Positions 51,019 to 60,235 of a DNA stretch of 64,000 nt are shown piece after piece. Below the pieces are notes generated by a model. It saw nothing but the letters and a program-made list of their open reading frames with translations. It had not been told where the DNA came from and did not search any database. This DNA is from an uncultured candidate division Zixibacteria bacterium (GTDB lineage: Bacteria; Zixibacteria; MSB-5A5; GN15; FEB-12). Location of the stretch: NCBI GenBank assembly GCA_963735035.1, contig CAVTJJ010000003.1, positions 128,001 through 192,000 on the forward strand, in the 5' to 3' direction. Position numbers and translations under genes: made by a program. How positions within the stretch are numbered: the first letter of the stretch is position 1; the number at the start of each line of letters is the position of its first letter.

Positions 51019-51825
51019 ATGCCTTTTACGGTTTCACATACGGCGCTTGTCCTTCCGCTCAAGAAGCTGCGTCCGAACTGGTTCTCATTGACCGGGTTGA
51101 TGGCCGGCGCTATGGCGCCAGATCTTCAGTATTTTCTCCTGGCGGATACGTCGGAGAGGGGTATCAGTCACTCCTGGACCGGCCTATTCATAATCGATCT
51201 GCCGCTTGGGCTCATATTTTCATTCGCCTTTCACCTGCTGTTCAAACGGGTCTTTATCGAGAACCTCCCGACCCCGTTGGACCGTCAGCTCTCCGGATTG
51301 GCAGCGAGCCGCTTCGCGCCGACCGGTTGGCGCGAGTGGAGCGTGCTGATCGTTTCAGTCTTGCTGGGCGCGGTCAGCCATTTCTTCTGGGATTCGTTTA
51401 CTCACCCTGAAGGCGTCCTCGCGCAGCACATCCCCTGGCTTCTTCGAGAGACGACGATTTTCGGGATCGCCCGCACCAACGCCCGCTTACTCCAGCACGT
51501 GAGCTCGGCACTTGGGGCGGTAGGAATGATTGTCGGACTGAGTGTCTGCGGGTTGCTGCCCAAACCTATAGAGATCGAGCAACGTTCATCGAGCCGCAAG
51601 ATTGCATTCTGGCTGGTCGGCGCATTGTGCGGTCTGGCCTGGTCGGTTACCGCGGTGTTCTTTTATAATCATTTCTACGGCTGGGAGATCGGGAGTGGTT
51701 ATTCGTTGGGGTTGGCTTTTCAAACGGCGGCTCTGGGAAGCTGGGCGGGATTTTTCTATTTCGTGTGCGTGGTGGGATTGATTTCGCGGCGAGGTTCTAA
51801 CAGACACGGCCAACCTGAACGATAA
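51019..51825 (+). CDS. DUF4184 family membrane protein
   Basis: MPFTVSH, GAMAPD, SHFFWDSFTH, LQHVSS. Confidence 0.88.
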   Translation: MPFTVSHTALVLPLKKLRPNWFSLTGLMAGAMAPDLQYFLLADTSERGISHSWTGLFIIDLPLGLIFSFAFHLLFKRVFIENLPTPLDRQLSGLAASRFAPTGWREWSVLIVSVLLGAVSHFFWDSFTHPEGVLAQHIPWLLRETTIFGIARTNARLLQHVSSALGAVGMIVGLSVCGLLPKPIEIEQRSSSRKIAFWLVGALCGLAWSVTAVFFYNHFYGWEIGSGYSLGLAFQTAALGSWAGFFYFVCVVGLISRRGSNRHGQPER

Positions 51826-51829
51826 CATA

Positions 51830-52020
51830 CCGGCAGATGTGGGCATCTGCCGGGCACGGTTAGTTCGTAGGTCAGGCGGACTTGACGCCTGACATTTATG
51901 TGTGCCGTCGGGCGTCTCTGCCCGACGGCGGCCTGGACAGATACTGCGGTCAGGCAGAGACGCCTGACCGCACGTTCAAGTATAGCAATCATCGTCAGGC
52001 CCCGAGTAGGCCTGACCTAC
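51830..52020. repeat. Mosaic REP cluster
   Basis: Same palindrome types as 46079-46402, mostly inverted. Confidence 0.85.
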
Positions 52021-52026
52021 TAAAGC

Positions 52027-52058
52027 AAAAGCCCCTCGGCCTTTCGCCGAGGGGCTTT
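52027..52058. terminator. Bidirectional intrinsic terminator
   Basis: AAAAGCCCCTCGGC...GCCGAGGGGCTTT. Confidence 0.8.
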
Positions 52059-52065
52059 ACGTTTT

Positions 52066-52330
52066 GTGCACCCACCTCTGAACCGCTGCCCTGGAGCGCT
52101 TCGAACAGCCGGCTCCAGCCGGGTAGCCCTGCAACACCCGTCAGATTCTTTCTACGGCTGCTACCTTCCGGTCCTGACCGGGTTCAAAAGGCTGACGTCG
52201 TACAAGACCCGACCTTCAACACCACTTATCCGTCGACAAACCAGGCCCGCTAAGCCCGCGGGTGGGAATTCAACCCCGGTAAAGCGGATTCCGGGTTACA
52301 GGGCACCGCTGGCTCCCCGTCTAGCACGCT
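52066..52330 (-). ncRNA. ffs: Signal recognition particle RNA, large type with Alu domain
   Basis: TCAGGACCGGAAGGTAGCAGC helix 8; 5' GTGCTAGACGGGGAG...GCGGTGCCCTGTAACC Alu; ~265 nt. Confidence 0.92.
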
Positions 52331-52377
52331 TTGGGGCCGCCCCACTCATATTGAGCGGGACGGCCTCTTATTCAAAA

Positions 52378-52450
52378 TGGAGCCAGCCGGGATCGAACCG
52401 GCAGCCTTCGCATTGCGAACGCGACGCTCTCCCAGTTGAGCTATGGCCCC
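52378..52450 (-). tRNA. tRNA-Ala(CGC)
   Basis: GGGGCCA acceptor with G3-U70; anticodon loop TT-CGC-AA. Confidence 0.93.
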
Positions 52451-52567
52451 AAACTCAGCGCCAGCTTCGGGCCAGAAGGATAATATCGGGCGGCCTTCCC
52501 GCCAAGTGGTTTTTGAGTGGGGCTTACTCAATGCCTATTGACCGCTTAGGAGCCCGCCGCACCACAA

Positions 52568-53173
52568 TCACTTCAACAGCCCGATTCGTACCCCAAAGCT
52601 TGGGCCGGCCTTGATGTCATAGTTGTCGTTACCGCCTCGGAGCGTCTTGAGCATGTTGGTCTCAATTAGAAATCCGGTTCGTGGCGTCAGACGGCAGACA
52701 ACCTGTAGAAAGGGCCGCAACGTCACGTACTGGCTGGCCTTGTATCGGAATACCTCCTCAAGTAGCGCGGCTCCGCAGGCTACCCCCGGGCGAAGACTCC
52801 ACTGGCTCCCTTTCGGCTGGTAGTGAACACTCAGGCGCAGGGCAGGATTAATGGACTTGGCGGTTATGTCCCCCCCAAGGATTTCTTTACGTAGCTGAAA
52901 TACGTCGATCGTCAGCCCCAGCCAGATCGATCGAAATACACCCTGGTCGAAGGAAGCTCCCGCCGACCAACCCATATCCGAATCGATTGAGGCGTCATAG
53001 AATCCGGTGTCCTTGGCGCGAGCATCGATGGTCATGCCGTCAAGAAAGCCGAACATCACTGCGAATTCCCCACGCGCTTGCTTGCCCTCGGCCGCTGATG
53101 CACTGCCACACAAAATCAGCAGCGCGAAACACGCCGCTCCCCACCAACGCCCTCCTCCACACTTTGCACTCAT
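52568..53173 (-). CDS. Putative small outer-membrane beta-barrel
   Basis: Signal peptide, amphipathic strands; paralog of 54021 and 54703 genes. Confidence 0.7.
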   Translation of the reverse strand: MSAKCGGGRWWGAACFALLILCGSASAAEGKQARGEFAVMFGFLDGMTIDARAKDTGFYDASIDSDMGWSAGASFDQGVFRSIWLGLTIDVFQLRKEILGGDITAKSINPALRLSVHYQPKGSQWSLRPGVACGAALLEEVFRYKASQYVTLRPFLQVVCRLTPRTGFLIETNMLKTLRGGNDNYDIKAGPSFGVRIGLLK

Positions 53174-53332
53174 TCCCGTACCCTCCTATAAATGCAGTCT
53201 GTTAACCACGCTGACGGCTGGAACCGGGGCTCCAGCGAACCCACCTACAAAATCCAACTTCGATAAACCTCCTGTCAAATCAGCCGGTGGCGGACCGGCG
53301 GCGGACCGGCGGCGGAAATCAGACTCCTATTT

Positions 53333-53992
53333 TCAGAAGAGGAGTCCGAACAGAATCGTATATGTCTTGTTGTCGATCACTATATTGGCCTGATTACCCA
53401 CGTATTTTGCGGCTTCGCGAGAATCATAGTCATAACGAAATTCTAACATTATCGGACCAAACGGACTCAGCGAACTTTGAGCTCCCACCCCGAAAGTCAA
53501 CCCCGGTACGGTCGATTTATAGGAATCCAGAATCGCCTGCATATCCGAAGAGGCCAGAGTAGAGTTTGAGTTCAGTTTCAAATCGACGCGAGGACCGCCT
53601 ATCAGATAGAAGCCAATCGGGCCACCTCCGAATTGCAGCTTTGCGGTCGCGAGCAGCGACAGGTAGTTGACGCGGTCCCTAAACGTAATAGTACCACCGG
53701 TCAGATACGGGTAGGAACCGGTACGAGCCTGTATCTGGCTTCCCTTCTGCACATACAGAACTTCCGGTCTAAGACCGAGCAACGGAGTAAGAGACCAATC
53801 GGCAAACACTCCAAATGCATATCCCTTCCGTTGATCGCGATTGACCTGACCCAGCTCGTTGCTGTAGTTCCAGGTTTGATCCCCGAATGACACACCCGCC
53901 TTGATTCCATACTGCAGACCCGTCCCGGCCCAAACGTTCGGTGAGGCCGCGAGCAGGAGAATTAAGGCGATCAAAAATCTGGTTTTCTTCAT
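53333..53992 (-). CDS. PorT-like outer-membrane beta-barrel
   Basis: YGIKAGV, RPEVLYVQKG, C-terminal Phe. Confidence 0.8.
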   Translation of the reverse strand: MKKTRFLIALILLLAASPNVWAGTGLQYGIKAGVSFGDQTWNYSNELGQVNRDQRKGYAFGVFADWSLTPLLGLRPEVLYVQKGSQIQARTGSYPYLTGGTITFRDRVNYLSLLATAKLQFGGGPIGFYLIGGPRVDLKLNSNSTLASSDMQAILDSYKSTVPGLTFGVGAQSSLSPFGPIMLEFRYDYDSREAAKYVGNQANIVIDNKTYTILFGLLF

Positions 53993-54020
53993 AGCCAGCT
54001 CCTTTCCCAAGATTATACTC

Positions 54021-54635
54021 TTAGAACATCACCCCGGCTCGAAGGATCCAAAGCGGGCCGATTGTCACATCCGAGGCGTTATCTCCCCCCGATGGCGCAT
54101 ACCAGACACCTGCTTCGAGCAGCCCCATCAAATCGTTCGATGAGAAAAAGACCAGTTCAGTGAACGCCTTGACTGTCAGATAACTGGAGCCGGACACTCC
54201 GGCGCCTTCCATTCTTCCCAGGAAGGCCACACCGACGCCGACACCCGGACGAAGACCGATCGGTGAATTCTCGCTCAACAGATTTCCCTTGAGATTGAGA
54301 CCCAGGTCAATGAGCCACTCCGATTCATCCCACCGGCTTGATTGCTGTTGCCCACGCCAGGACATTTTGTGAAGGTCAGTCGAAAGACTGTAGTGCAGAC
54401 GCGGACCGAAAGGTTGGTCGAAGAAGAACCCGGCGGAGAATCCGGCGCGTTGGTCAATGGCTCCGTGGCCGAAATCAACCGATCCGGAACCGATCATCCC
54501 AAGTTTGAAACCGGTGTACGAATCTCCAACTTCATAATCGGATGCCGCGACCGGCAGGACCTGACAAAAGACGACCGCGAAGGTCATCAATGCGGGTCTC
54601 CACCCGCCGCAATCTGTCAAGTGCATACCCCTCAC
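54021..54635 (-). CDS. Putative small outer-membrane beta-barrel
   Basis: GFKLGMIG...GPLWILRAGVMF terminal strand. Confidence 0.75.
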   Translation of the reverse strand: MRGMHLTDCGGWRPALMTFAVVFCQVLPVAASDYEVGDSYTGFKLGMIGSGSVDFGHGAIDQRAGFSAGFFFDQPFGPRLHYSLSTDLHKMSWRGQQQSSRWDESEWLIDLGLNLKGNLLSENSPIGLRPGVGVGVAFLGRMEGAGVSGSSYLTVKAFTELVFFSSNDLMGLLEAGVWYAPSGGDNASDVTIGPLWILRAGVMF

Positions 54636-54702
54636 ACGGATAATTAAGATGCCTGCATAAGACCAGTCAAGTCATAAGAGGCGGACCGAAGACACCATAC
54701 CC

Positions 54703-55287
54703 TTATCGAAAGGCAAAACCGGCCCGTACCAATAATCCCGGGCCAAAGGTGAGATGTCTTATGCCGCTGTTTCCGGTGGGGGTATCGAAGACCGCCAGTT
54801 CGGCGACCCACGCTGTTCGAGTATTGATAATCCCACGCGCCTCAAGCGACAGCTTGAAGCTCAAATATTGCGATGAGTGAATGTCGCCCATGTCCGCCAG
54901 AAAAGCAAAACCGAGCGACGCTCCGGGAGCCAGGAATATTTTTGATCCGCCCAAAGGGAAGGAGCGGCGAAACCCCATGTTCGGCTCAATCATTATCTGA
55001 TGTGAGTTTACGATCCGGATATAATAGAAATCGAAAGCAGCGGTCAGATGGTATTTGTTTCCCATAGGGAAATAGGCAAAAACCTGCGCGGTGGAACCGA
55101 TCCGCGATTGAAGCGGCGGTTCGGTACTCAGATTCATGCGCCCGATCATGCCGGCTTTGAAACCGAACAGACCACTGGTGGTCTGTCCCAGCAGATTCTG
55201 TGCGGCGGCCGAAGAGCACAGACCTAGTTGGGCGAGCACGAGAACAATTGCGAGAGAAAACGTACGAATTTGGTGCCACTCCTGCAA
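54703..55287 (-). CDS. Putative small outer-membrane beta-barrel
   Basis: GFKAGMIG...GPGLLVRAGFAFR. Confidence 0.75.
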   Translation of the reverse strand: MQEWHQIRTFSLAIVLVLAQLGLCSSAAAQNLLGQTTSGLFGFKAGMIGRMNLSTEPPLQSRIGSTAQVFAYFPMGNKYHLTAAFDFYYIRIVNSHQIMIEPNMGFRRSFPLGGSKIFLAPGASLGFAFLADMGDIHSSQYLSFKLSLEARGIINTRTAWVAELAVFDTPTGNSGIRHLTFGPGLLVRAGFAFR

Positions 55288-55407
55288 GAAGGCGTTCGGT
55301 CGGTCCTACTCAAAAGAAACGTTTCAACCAATCGTTTCGTCAAGCGAGATAGCTATCGGTTCGCGAGTTGTGACAGTAATTGACACATTAAGCCAACCGT
55401 GTCAATT

Positions 55408-55435
55408 GTGCCCGGCAGATGCCCACATCTGCCGG
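55408..55435. repeat. REP GTGCCCGGCAGATGCCCACATCTGCCGG
   Basis: Inverted copies at 22599, 22972, 46079, 51830. Confidence 0.9.
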
Positions 55436-55593
55436 CATTCAGGCTCAGGCGTCAGGTCTCACCCGCCTGGGGCGGGAAGGACCCCCGATCAGGTCGGGGG
55501 CAGGCTCTGACGCAATCACTTGTGCCAGCCCGAATCGGTTGGCCGTGAAAATATGATTCCGCCGGGGTCCGACATTACATATATTGCCGAATC

Positions 55594-57267
55594 ATGAGCT
55601 ACCTGGTGTTCGCGAGGAAATACCGTCCTGCCACTTTCGACCAAGTCGTAGCGCAGGAACATGTTACGCGCACTTTACGGAACGCGCTCCGCAACGGGCG
55701 GGTCGCCTCGGGGTATCTTTTCTGCGGCCCTCGCGGTACCGGCAAGACCACTGTCGCCCGCCTTCTGGCCAAAGCAGTCAACTGTGTCAACGGCCCCACG
55801 GAGATTCCGTGCGGCGAGTGCCCTTCCTGTATTGAAATAGCTTCGGGGACTTCGCTCGACGTTCTTGAAATCGACGCCGCTTCCAACACCGGCGTGGACG
55901 ATATTCGCACCCTGCGGGAAAATGTCCGGTACCTGCCGACCAACGGCAAGAAGCGGGTGTTCATTATCGACGAAGTACACCGTTTGTCGGGCTCGGCGTT
56001 TGACGCTTTGCTGAAGACTCTAGAAGAGCCACCGGAACACGTGATGTTTGTCCTGGCTACTACTGAACCATTGAAAGTTCCAGACACAATTCTCTCGCGC
56101 ACCCAGCGATTTGATTATCGACGTGTGTCCGTTGATGATCTGGCGGCTCACCTGAAAGATATTGCCGCGCGCGAGAAGCTTGATTTCGATGAATCCGCGC
56201 TGAAGTTAGTGGCACGCAAGGCTGACGGTTCGGTTCGCGATTCCCTTTCGTTGCTGGACCAGGTGGCCGCATTCGCCGGAGACAAAGTAACCGAACAGGA
56301 TGTAGTCAGCGCTCTCGGTCTGGTTGACCGACGTTTTCTTTTCGAATTCGTCGAAGCGATAGCGGCCTCGGACCGTCGCAAGGCTCTGCATTTGATCAAG
56401 GCGGTATTCGATGCCGGAGTGGACGTCAATGATTTCGTGATGGAGCTTCTGGAACATTTCCGGTATTTGCTGGTGATCAAATCCGATCCCGAAGCCGGTG
56501 GGCTGTTGGAGTTGACGCCCGATGAGACCGCTGAATACAGCAAGCAGGCGGATTTCTTCCAGATAGGCGATGTGCTTCGGTTGATCAAGATCGGCACCGA
56601 TCTGTACGGCGATCTTCGGCGTGGAATCGATGACCGTCTTCTGCTCGAGACAGCCGCGATAAAGATGGCCGAGATGGAGTCCACGGTTCGTTTCGAAGAC
56701 ATTCTCAAGTATTTGCAGACCAACCAGGGTGAGGCCGGAACCGCACAGCCGGCCAACGGCGGCGGCCGTGATCTGTTCGCACCGCCGAATCGACCACCTC
56801 TCCCGAATCCGGCTGCTACGACTCCACCTAAACCGACCTTTGGTGCGGCGCCGCCGGGGAATGTCCGGCCGGTCAACATGCCAACGATCCAAACAGGATG
56901 GGAAAGTTTTCTGGCGGTGTTAAAAAAGTCGAGCCCAATGTTGGCATCCCAGGTACGTATGGCCGAACTTCGGTCGATCAAAGAAAATCGTCTGCAGATG
57001 TATTTTCCGGCATCGGGTGAGGCGTCGCGTCAGTTGGTCACTAAGACGGAGAATGCGCGGTTAATCGAGCAGACCCTGCGCGATTGTTTCAAGTCCAACC
57101 TGACCGTGGCCTTTGAGATCGATCAGCACAAACAAGATGCGGGTGAAGTTGATGATGCCAAAGCCAAAGTTGATCCCAAAGAATTGGTCGAACGTTCTCC
57201 GCGCTTAAGGAGTTTGCTGGAGAAAGTCGACGGTGAGATAATCGGTATCAAGAAGGCGGAAAGCTAG
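55594..57267 (+). CDS. dnaX: DNA polymerase III subunit tau/gamma
   Basis: ARKYRP, GPRGTGKT, Zn module, DEVH, LKTLEEPP. Confidence 0.97.
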   Translation: MSYLVFARKYRPATFDQVVAQEHVTRTLRNALRNGRVASGYLFCGPRGTGKTTVARLLAKAVNCVNGPTEIPCGECPSCIEIASGTSLDVLEIDAASNTGVDDIRTLRENVRYLPTNGKKRVFIIDEVHRLSGSAFDALLKTLEEPPEHVMFVLATTEPLKVPDTILSRTQRFDYRRVSVDDLAAHLKDIAAREKLDFDESALKLVARKADGSVRDSLSLLDQVAAFAGDKVTEQDVVSALGLVDRRFLFEFVEAIAASDRRKALHLIKAVFDAGVDVNDFVMELLEHFRYLLVIKSDPEAGGLLELTPDETAEYSKQADFFQIGDVLRLIKIGTDLYGDLRRGIDDRLLLETAAIKMAEMESTVRFEDILKYLQTNQGEAGTAQPANGGGRDLFAPPNRPPLPNPAATTPPKPTFGAAPPGNVRPVNMPTIQTGWESFLAVLKKSSPMLASQVRMAELRSIKENRLQMYFPASGEASRQLVTKTENARLIEQTLRDCFKSNLTVAFEIDQHKQDAGEVDDAKAKVDPKELVERSPRLRSLLEKVDGEIIGIKKAES

Positions 57268-57319
57268 GCTTCGACCAAGCATCCGCAATGACACAGTAAG
57301 AAGTCAAAGGAGCATCGAT

Positions 57320-57646
57320 ATGCTAAAAGGCGGAATGGGCGGCATGATGAAGCAGGTCCAGCAGATGCAGGCCAAGATGGCCGAGATGCAGGCCCAGCTT
57401 GAGAGCGCCGAAATAGAAGCCAGCGCCGGCGGCGGCATGGTCAAAGTAGTAGTCAACGGGAAGAACGAAATTCGCTCAATCTCGATAGATAAAGAGGTCG
57501 TGAATCCCGACGATGTCGAGATGCTTCAGGACTTGATCGTGGCCGCACTGAACCAGGCCCGCGAGAAATCCCAGGAACTGCAACAGCAGCAAATGTCCGC
57601 CATCACCGGCGGTCTGAACATCCCCGGCTTGAACCTCCCGTTCTAA
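57320..57646 (+). CDS. ybaB: YbaB/EbfC nucleoid-associated protein
   Basis: MMKQVQQMQ, AGGGMV, MLQDLIVAA; dnaX-ybaB-recR synteny. Confidence 0.95.
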   Translation: MLKGGMGGMMKQVQQMQAKMAEMQAQLESAEIEASAGGGMVKVVVNGKNEIRSISIDKEVVNPDDVEMLQDLIVAALNQAREKSQELQQQQMSAITGGLNIPGLNLPF

Positions 57647-57659
57647 GAAGAGATAATCA

Positions 57660-58265
57660 ATGTTTGGTTCTGCAGGATCGGTAGAGCGTCTGTCCAACTG
57701 GCTGGCCCGTCTGCCCGGAATAGGGCGCAAGACGGCGGCCCGGCTGGCGTTCCATATTCTCAAACTTCCCGACGAAGAAGCGTTCGAACTCGCCGATCTG
57801 ATTCGAGAGGTCAAAGAGAAAGTACGCTTCTGCTCCATATGCTACAATATCTCAGAAACCGACACCTGTTCCACCTGCTCGGATCCGAAACGTCGCCGCG
57901 ATGTCATCTGTGTGGTCGAAGACGCCATGGATGCGGCCGCGCTTGATAAAGTCGATCAATATCGCGGGCTGTTTCATGTGCTGGGCGGGCGACTGTCGCC
58001 GCTTGACGGAATCGGTCCGGACGATCTGCGCATCAAGGAATTGCTTCATAGAATCGGCGGTGAAGTCAAAGAAGTTATCGTCGCCACCAATCCGAATGTC
58101 GAAGGCGAAGCTACGGCCCTGTATCTCGCTCGTTTGATCTCTCCCCTGGGCCCGAAGGTCACCCGCATCGCGCGCGGCCTTCCGGTGGGCTCGGACCTCG
58201 AATACGCCGACTCAGTCACACTCTCGCGTGCGCTTGAGGGACGTCAGACGATGGATGGGGAATAA
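57660..58265 (+). CDS. recR: Recombination mediator RecR
   Basis: LPGIGRKTA, C4 finger, TOPRIM ICVVE, EGEATA. Confidence 0.97.
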   Translation: MFGSAGSVERLSNWLARLPGIGRKTAARLAFHILKLPDEEAFELADLIREVKEKVRFCSICYNISETDTCSTCSDPKRRRDVICVVEDAMDAAALDKVDQYRGLFHVLGGRLSPLDGIGPDDLRIKELLHRIGGEVKEVIVATNPNVEGEATALYLARLISPLGPKVTRIARGLPVGSDLEYADSVTLSRALEGRQTMDGE

Positions 58266-58394
58266 GACGATAGACAATACGGACAAGCACGACGCCGTGC
58301 CCACTCCGCATCGTCTCTTCACTGTTGTCGCATACCCGAACGAGCGTCACTGCGTGCTGCACGGAGCAACGGAGGAGACTTGTCCGACCGGCTA

Positions 58395-59567
58395 CTAGTT
58401 CCGCGGCACGCAGACGTGGTAGGTTTTCTGGGTCGACAAATCCACGGTGAATTCGATCACCGGACGTCCCCACGCCTCGTCGAAGCGGAAGTGGTAAACG
58501 CGCGCCGGCAGCTCCATCATGATCATCTTCAGATCGTAGTTACAGATGCAATCGCACCCGCCGCCATACAGATGTTCGGTCTCAACGACCGTGATGTCGG
58601 CCCCCTGGATAACGAACCTGACGCTGATGGAGTCGATGCAACAATTGGCCCCGGCGGCCGTGTGGACAATCTCCAGCGTTCCGTCCGCACCGTACGTCAA
58701 GTCCACACAGGCGCTGTCCCGCTCGGGGCTCGAAGTGGACAAAGTGGAACTCTTGGACGCAGCGGCATCCCAACCGCCACACTCTGAGCGGTCCAGCAAT
58801 TCGCCACCCGGGGGAGCGCCCCACGGATAGGATGTGCGCTCCACACACACCTGACCGGAGAGCGAGTGAGGCAAGTCAGCCTGGAAGTCCAGGGTGGTAC
58901 CCTCTCCCGGGATCGCCTCGAGCACGGCAATGCGCCAGCTGTGGTTGGGAAGATTGGCGATTTCGAACTCCAGGTCGTAAAGACAATTACAGTCGCACAG
59001 ACCGGAGTCGACTTCGCTGATGAAGATCGTGTCTCCAAGTACGTTGGCAGTCAAGGCCGTCACCGGGCAGCAGTTCAGCGCAGCATCGATTTGTCGCAGC
59101 CGGAGTACGCTATGTACGGGGTCATACTCGTACGCCAAACAGGTCTGGGTACTGTACGCGGTCGCTTCAACGGCTTTGCATTCGCTCACGCCGATCAACG
59201 AGCCGACCGGGGCTCCCTGGAGGCACCCGCCCAGGCTCATGGACGGACCGGTTATGAACAGATAGTCGATCAGCATCGCTATGTCGCCGATAGATATGTC
59301 GTCGAGGGCTGGGTTCGCCCCGCCCGACTGGTTGACATCGCCCTCGGCGTAACAAAAGTCGGTGGGAACCGGGAAGAACCCCATGGTAACCCCGATCATG
59401 AAGCAAGCGTCGCCGATCGTCGGTTCGTCGTCGCCACTGGCGTTGGCGTCACCGACACGGCCAACACAACAATCAGCCTGAGCCGAAACAGCAGCAGGCA
59501 TCAGTATCGCCACAAGGCTGAGTGCGACCGAGATTGAGAATCTGAGTAGATTACGTTCCTGAGACAT
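58395..59567 (-). CDS. Secreted protein: N-terminal dockerin-like module plus two Cys-rich domains
   Basis: CCVGRVGDANASGDDEPTIGD...GDVNQSGG...IGDIAMLIDYLF; two NCC...CDCxC repeats. Confidence 0.8.
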   Translation of the reverse strand: MSQERNLLRFSISVALSLVAILMPAAVSAQADCCVGRVGDANASGDDEPTIGDACFMIGVTMGFFPVPTDFCYAEGDVNQSGGANPALDDISIGDIAMLIDYLFITGPSMSLGGCLQGAPVGSLIGVSECKAVEATAYSTQTCLAYEYDPVHSVLRLRQIDAALNCCPVTALTANVLGDTIFISEVDSGLCDCNCLYDLEFEIANLPNHSWRIAVLEAIPGEGTTLDFQADLPHSLSGQVCVERTSYPWGAPPGGELLDRSECGGWDAAASKSSTLSTSSPERDSACVDLTYGADGTLEIVHTAAGANCCIDSISVRFVIQGADITVVETEHLYGGGCDCICNYDLKMIMMELPARVYHFRFDEAWGRPVIEFTVDLSTQKTYHVCVPRN

Positions 59568-59863
59568 GTCCGAGCCCTCCTTAACAAATCGCCTGTCCCC
59601 CGGCCTGCTATGTGACACCGGGCGTGCGGCGCTATACGGCGTTAATAGTATATTCAGTGGCCCATTTTATGTCAAGCAGTTTGAACCGACAGACCGGAAC
59701 ACATCCGTAGTAGATATCACTTCCTTTTCGAGACGCTCAAGTCCGGCCGAGGTCGCCAGACTACGGACGGGGAGTAAGTTGCAGTCACTTTGTCTGTAGC
59801 TTCGCGGTGTTCAATCCTCATTCGACACGCATCACAATCGGCTGGTTGGTGCCAAAAAATCAC

Positions 59864-59892
59864 TTGCATAAACATGGGGCGATTGGTATAGA
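59864..59892 (+). promoter_or_regulatory. Putative sigma-70 promoter
   Basis: TTGCAT-N17-TATAGA with TG extension. Confidence 0.4.
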
Positions 59893-60235
59893 ATAGTCGA
59901 AGCGCAATCTTTCCGCCGTCTGTCATGGGAACCGCATCTGTGGTGGAGTCTTGGTGGATCGATCAGATCGCATTTCGCACTATTTTCATGTCGCCTTTGG
60001 CCGCGTTCGCCTGACTGCGACGACGTTGTCAGAGATTCACGATAACATACTCACCCGCTGCCTGGCCCGGGACGTGGGTAGCAACATGGCAGGAGAAAAG
60101 ATCCACCGCTCATCTTTGTCGACCCGCCTGCTATGGGAGAAGATCAATCCGTTGAACCGAAGCTGAAGAGTCTTGGTCACGGATATCGGAACAAATGTTA
60201 ACTGGATCGCAAGAAACGAGATGAAGGGGGTTCGT

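Noticed and set aside
52378..55500. Integrative element at tRNA-Ala
   Set aside because: No integrase or duplicated tRNA 3' end; the OMP genes lie on the 5' side of the tRNA
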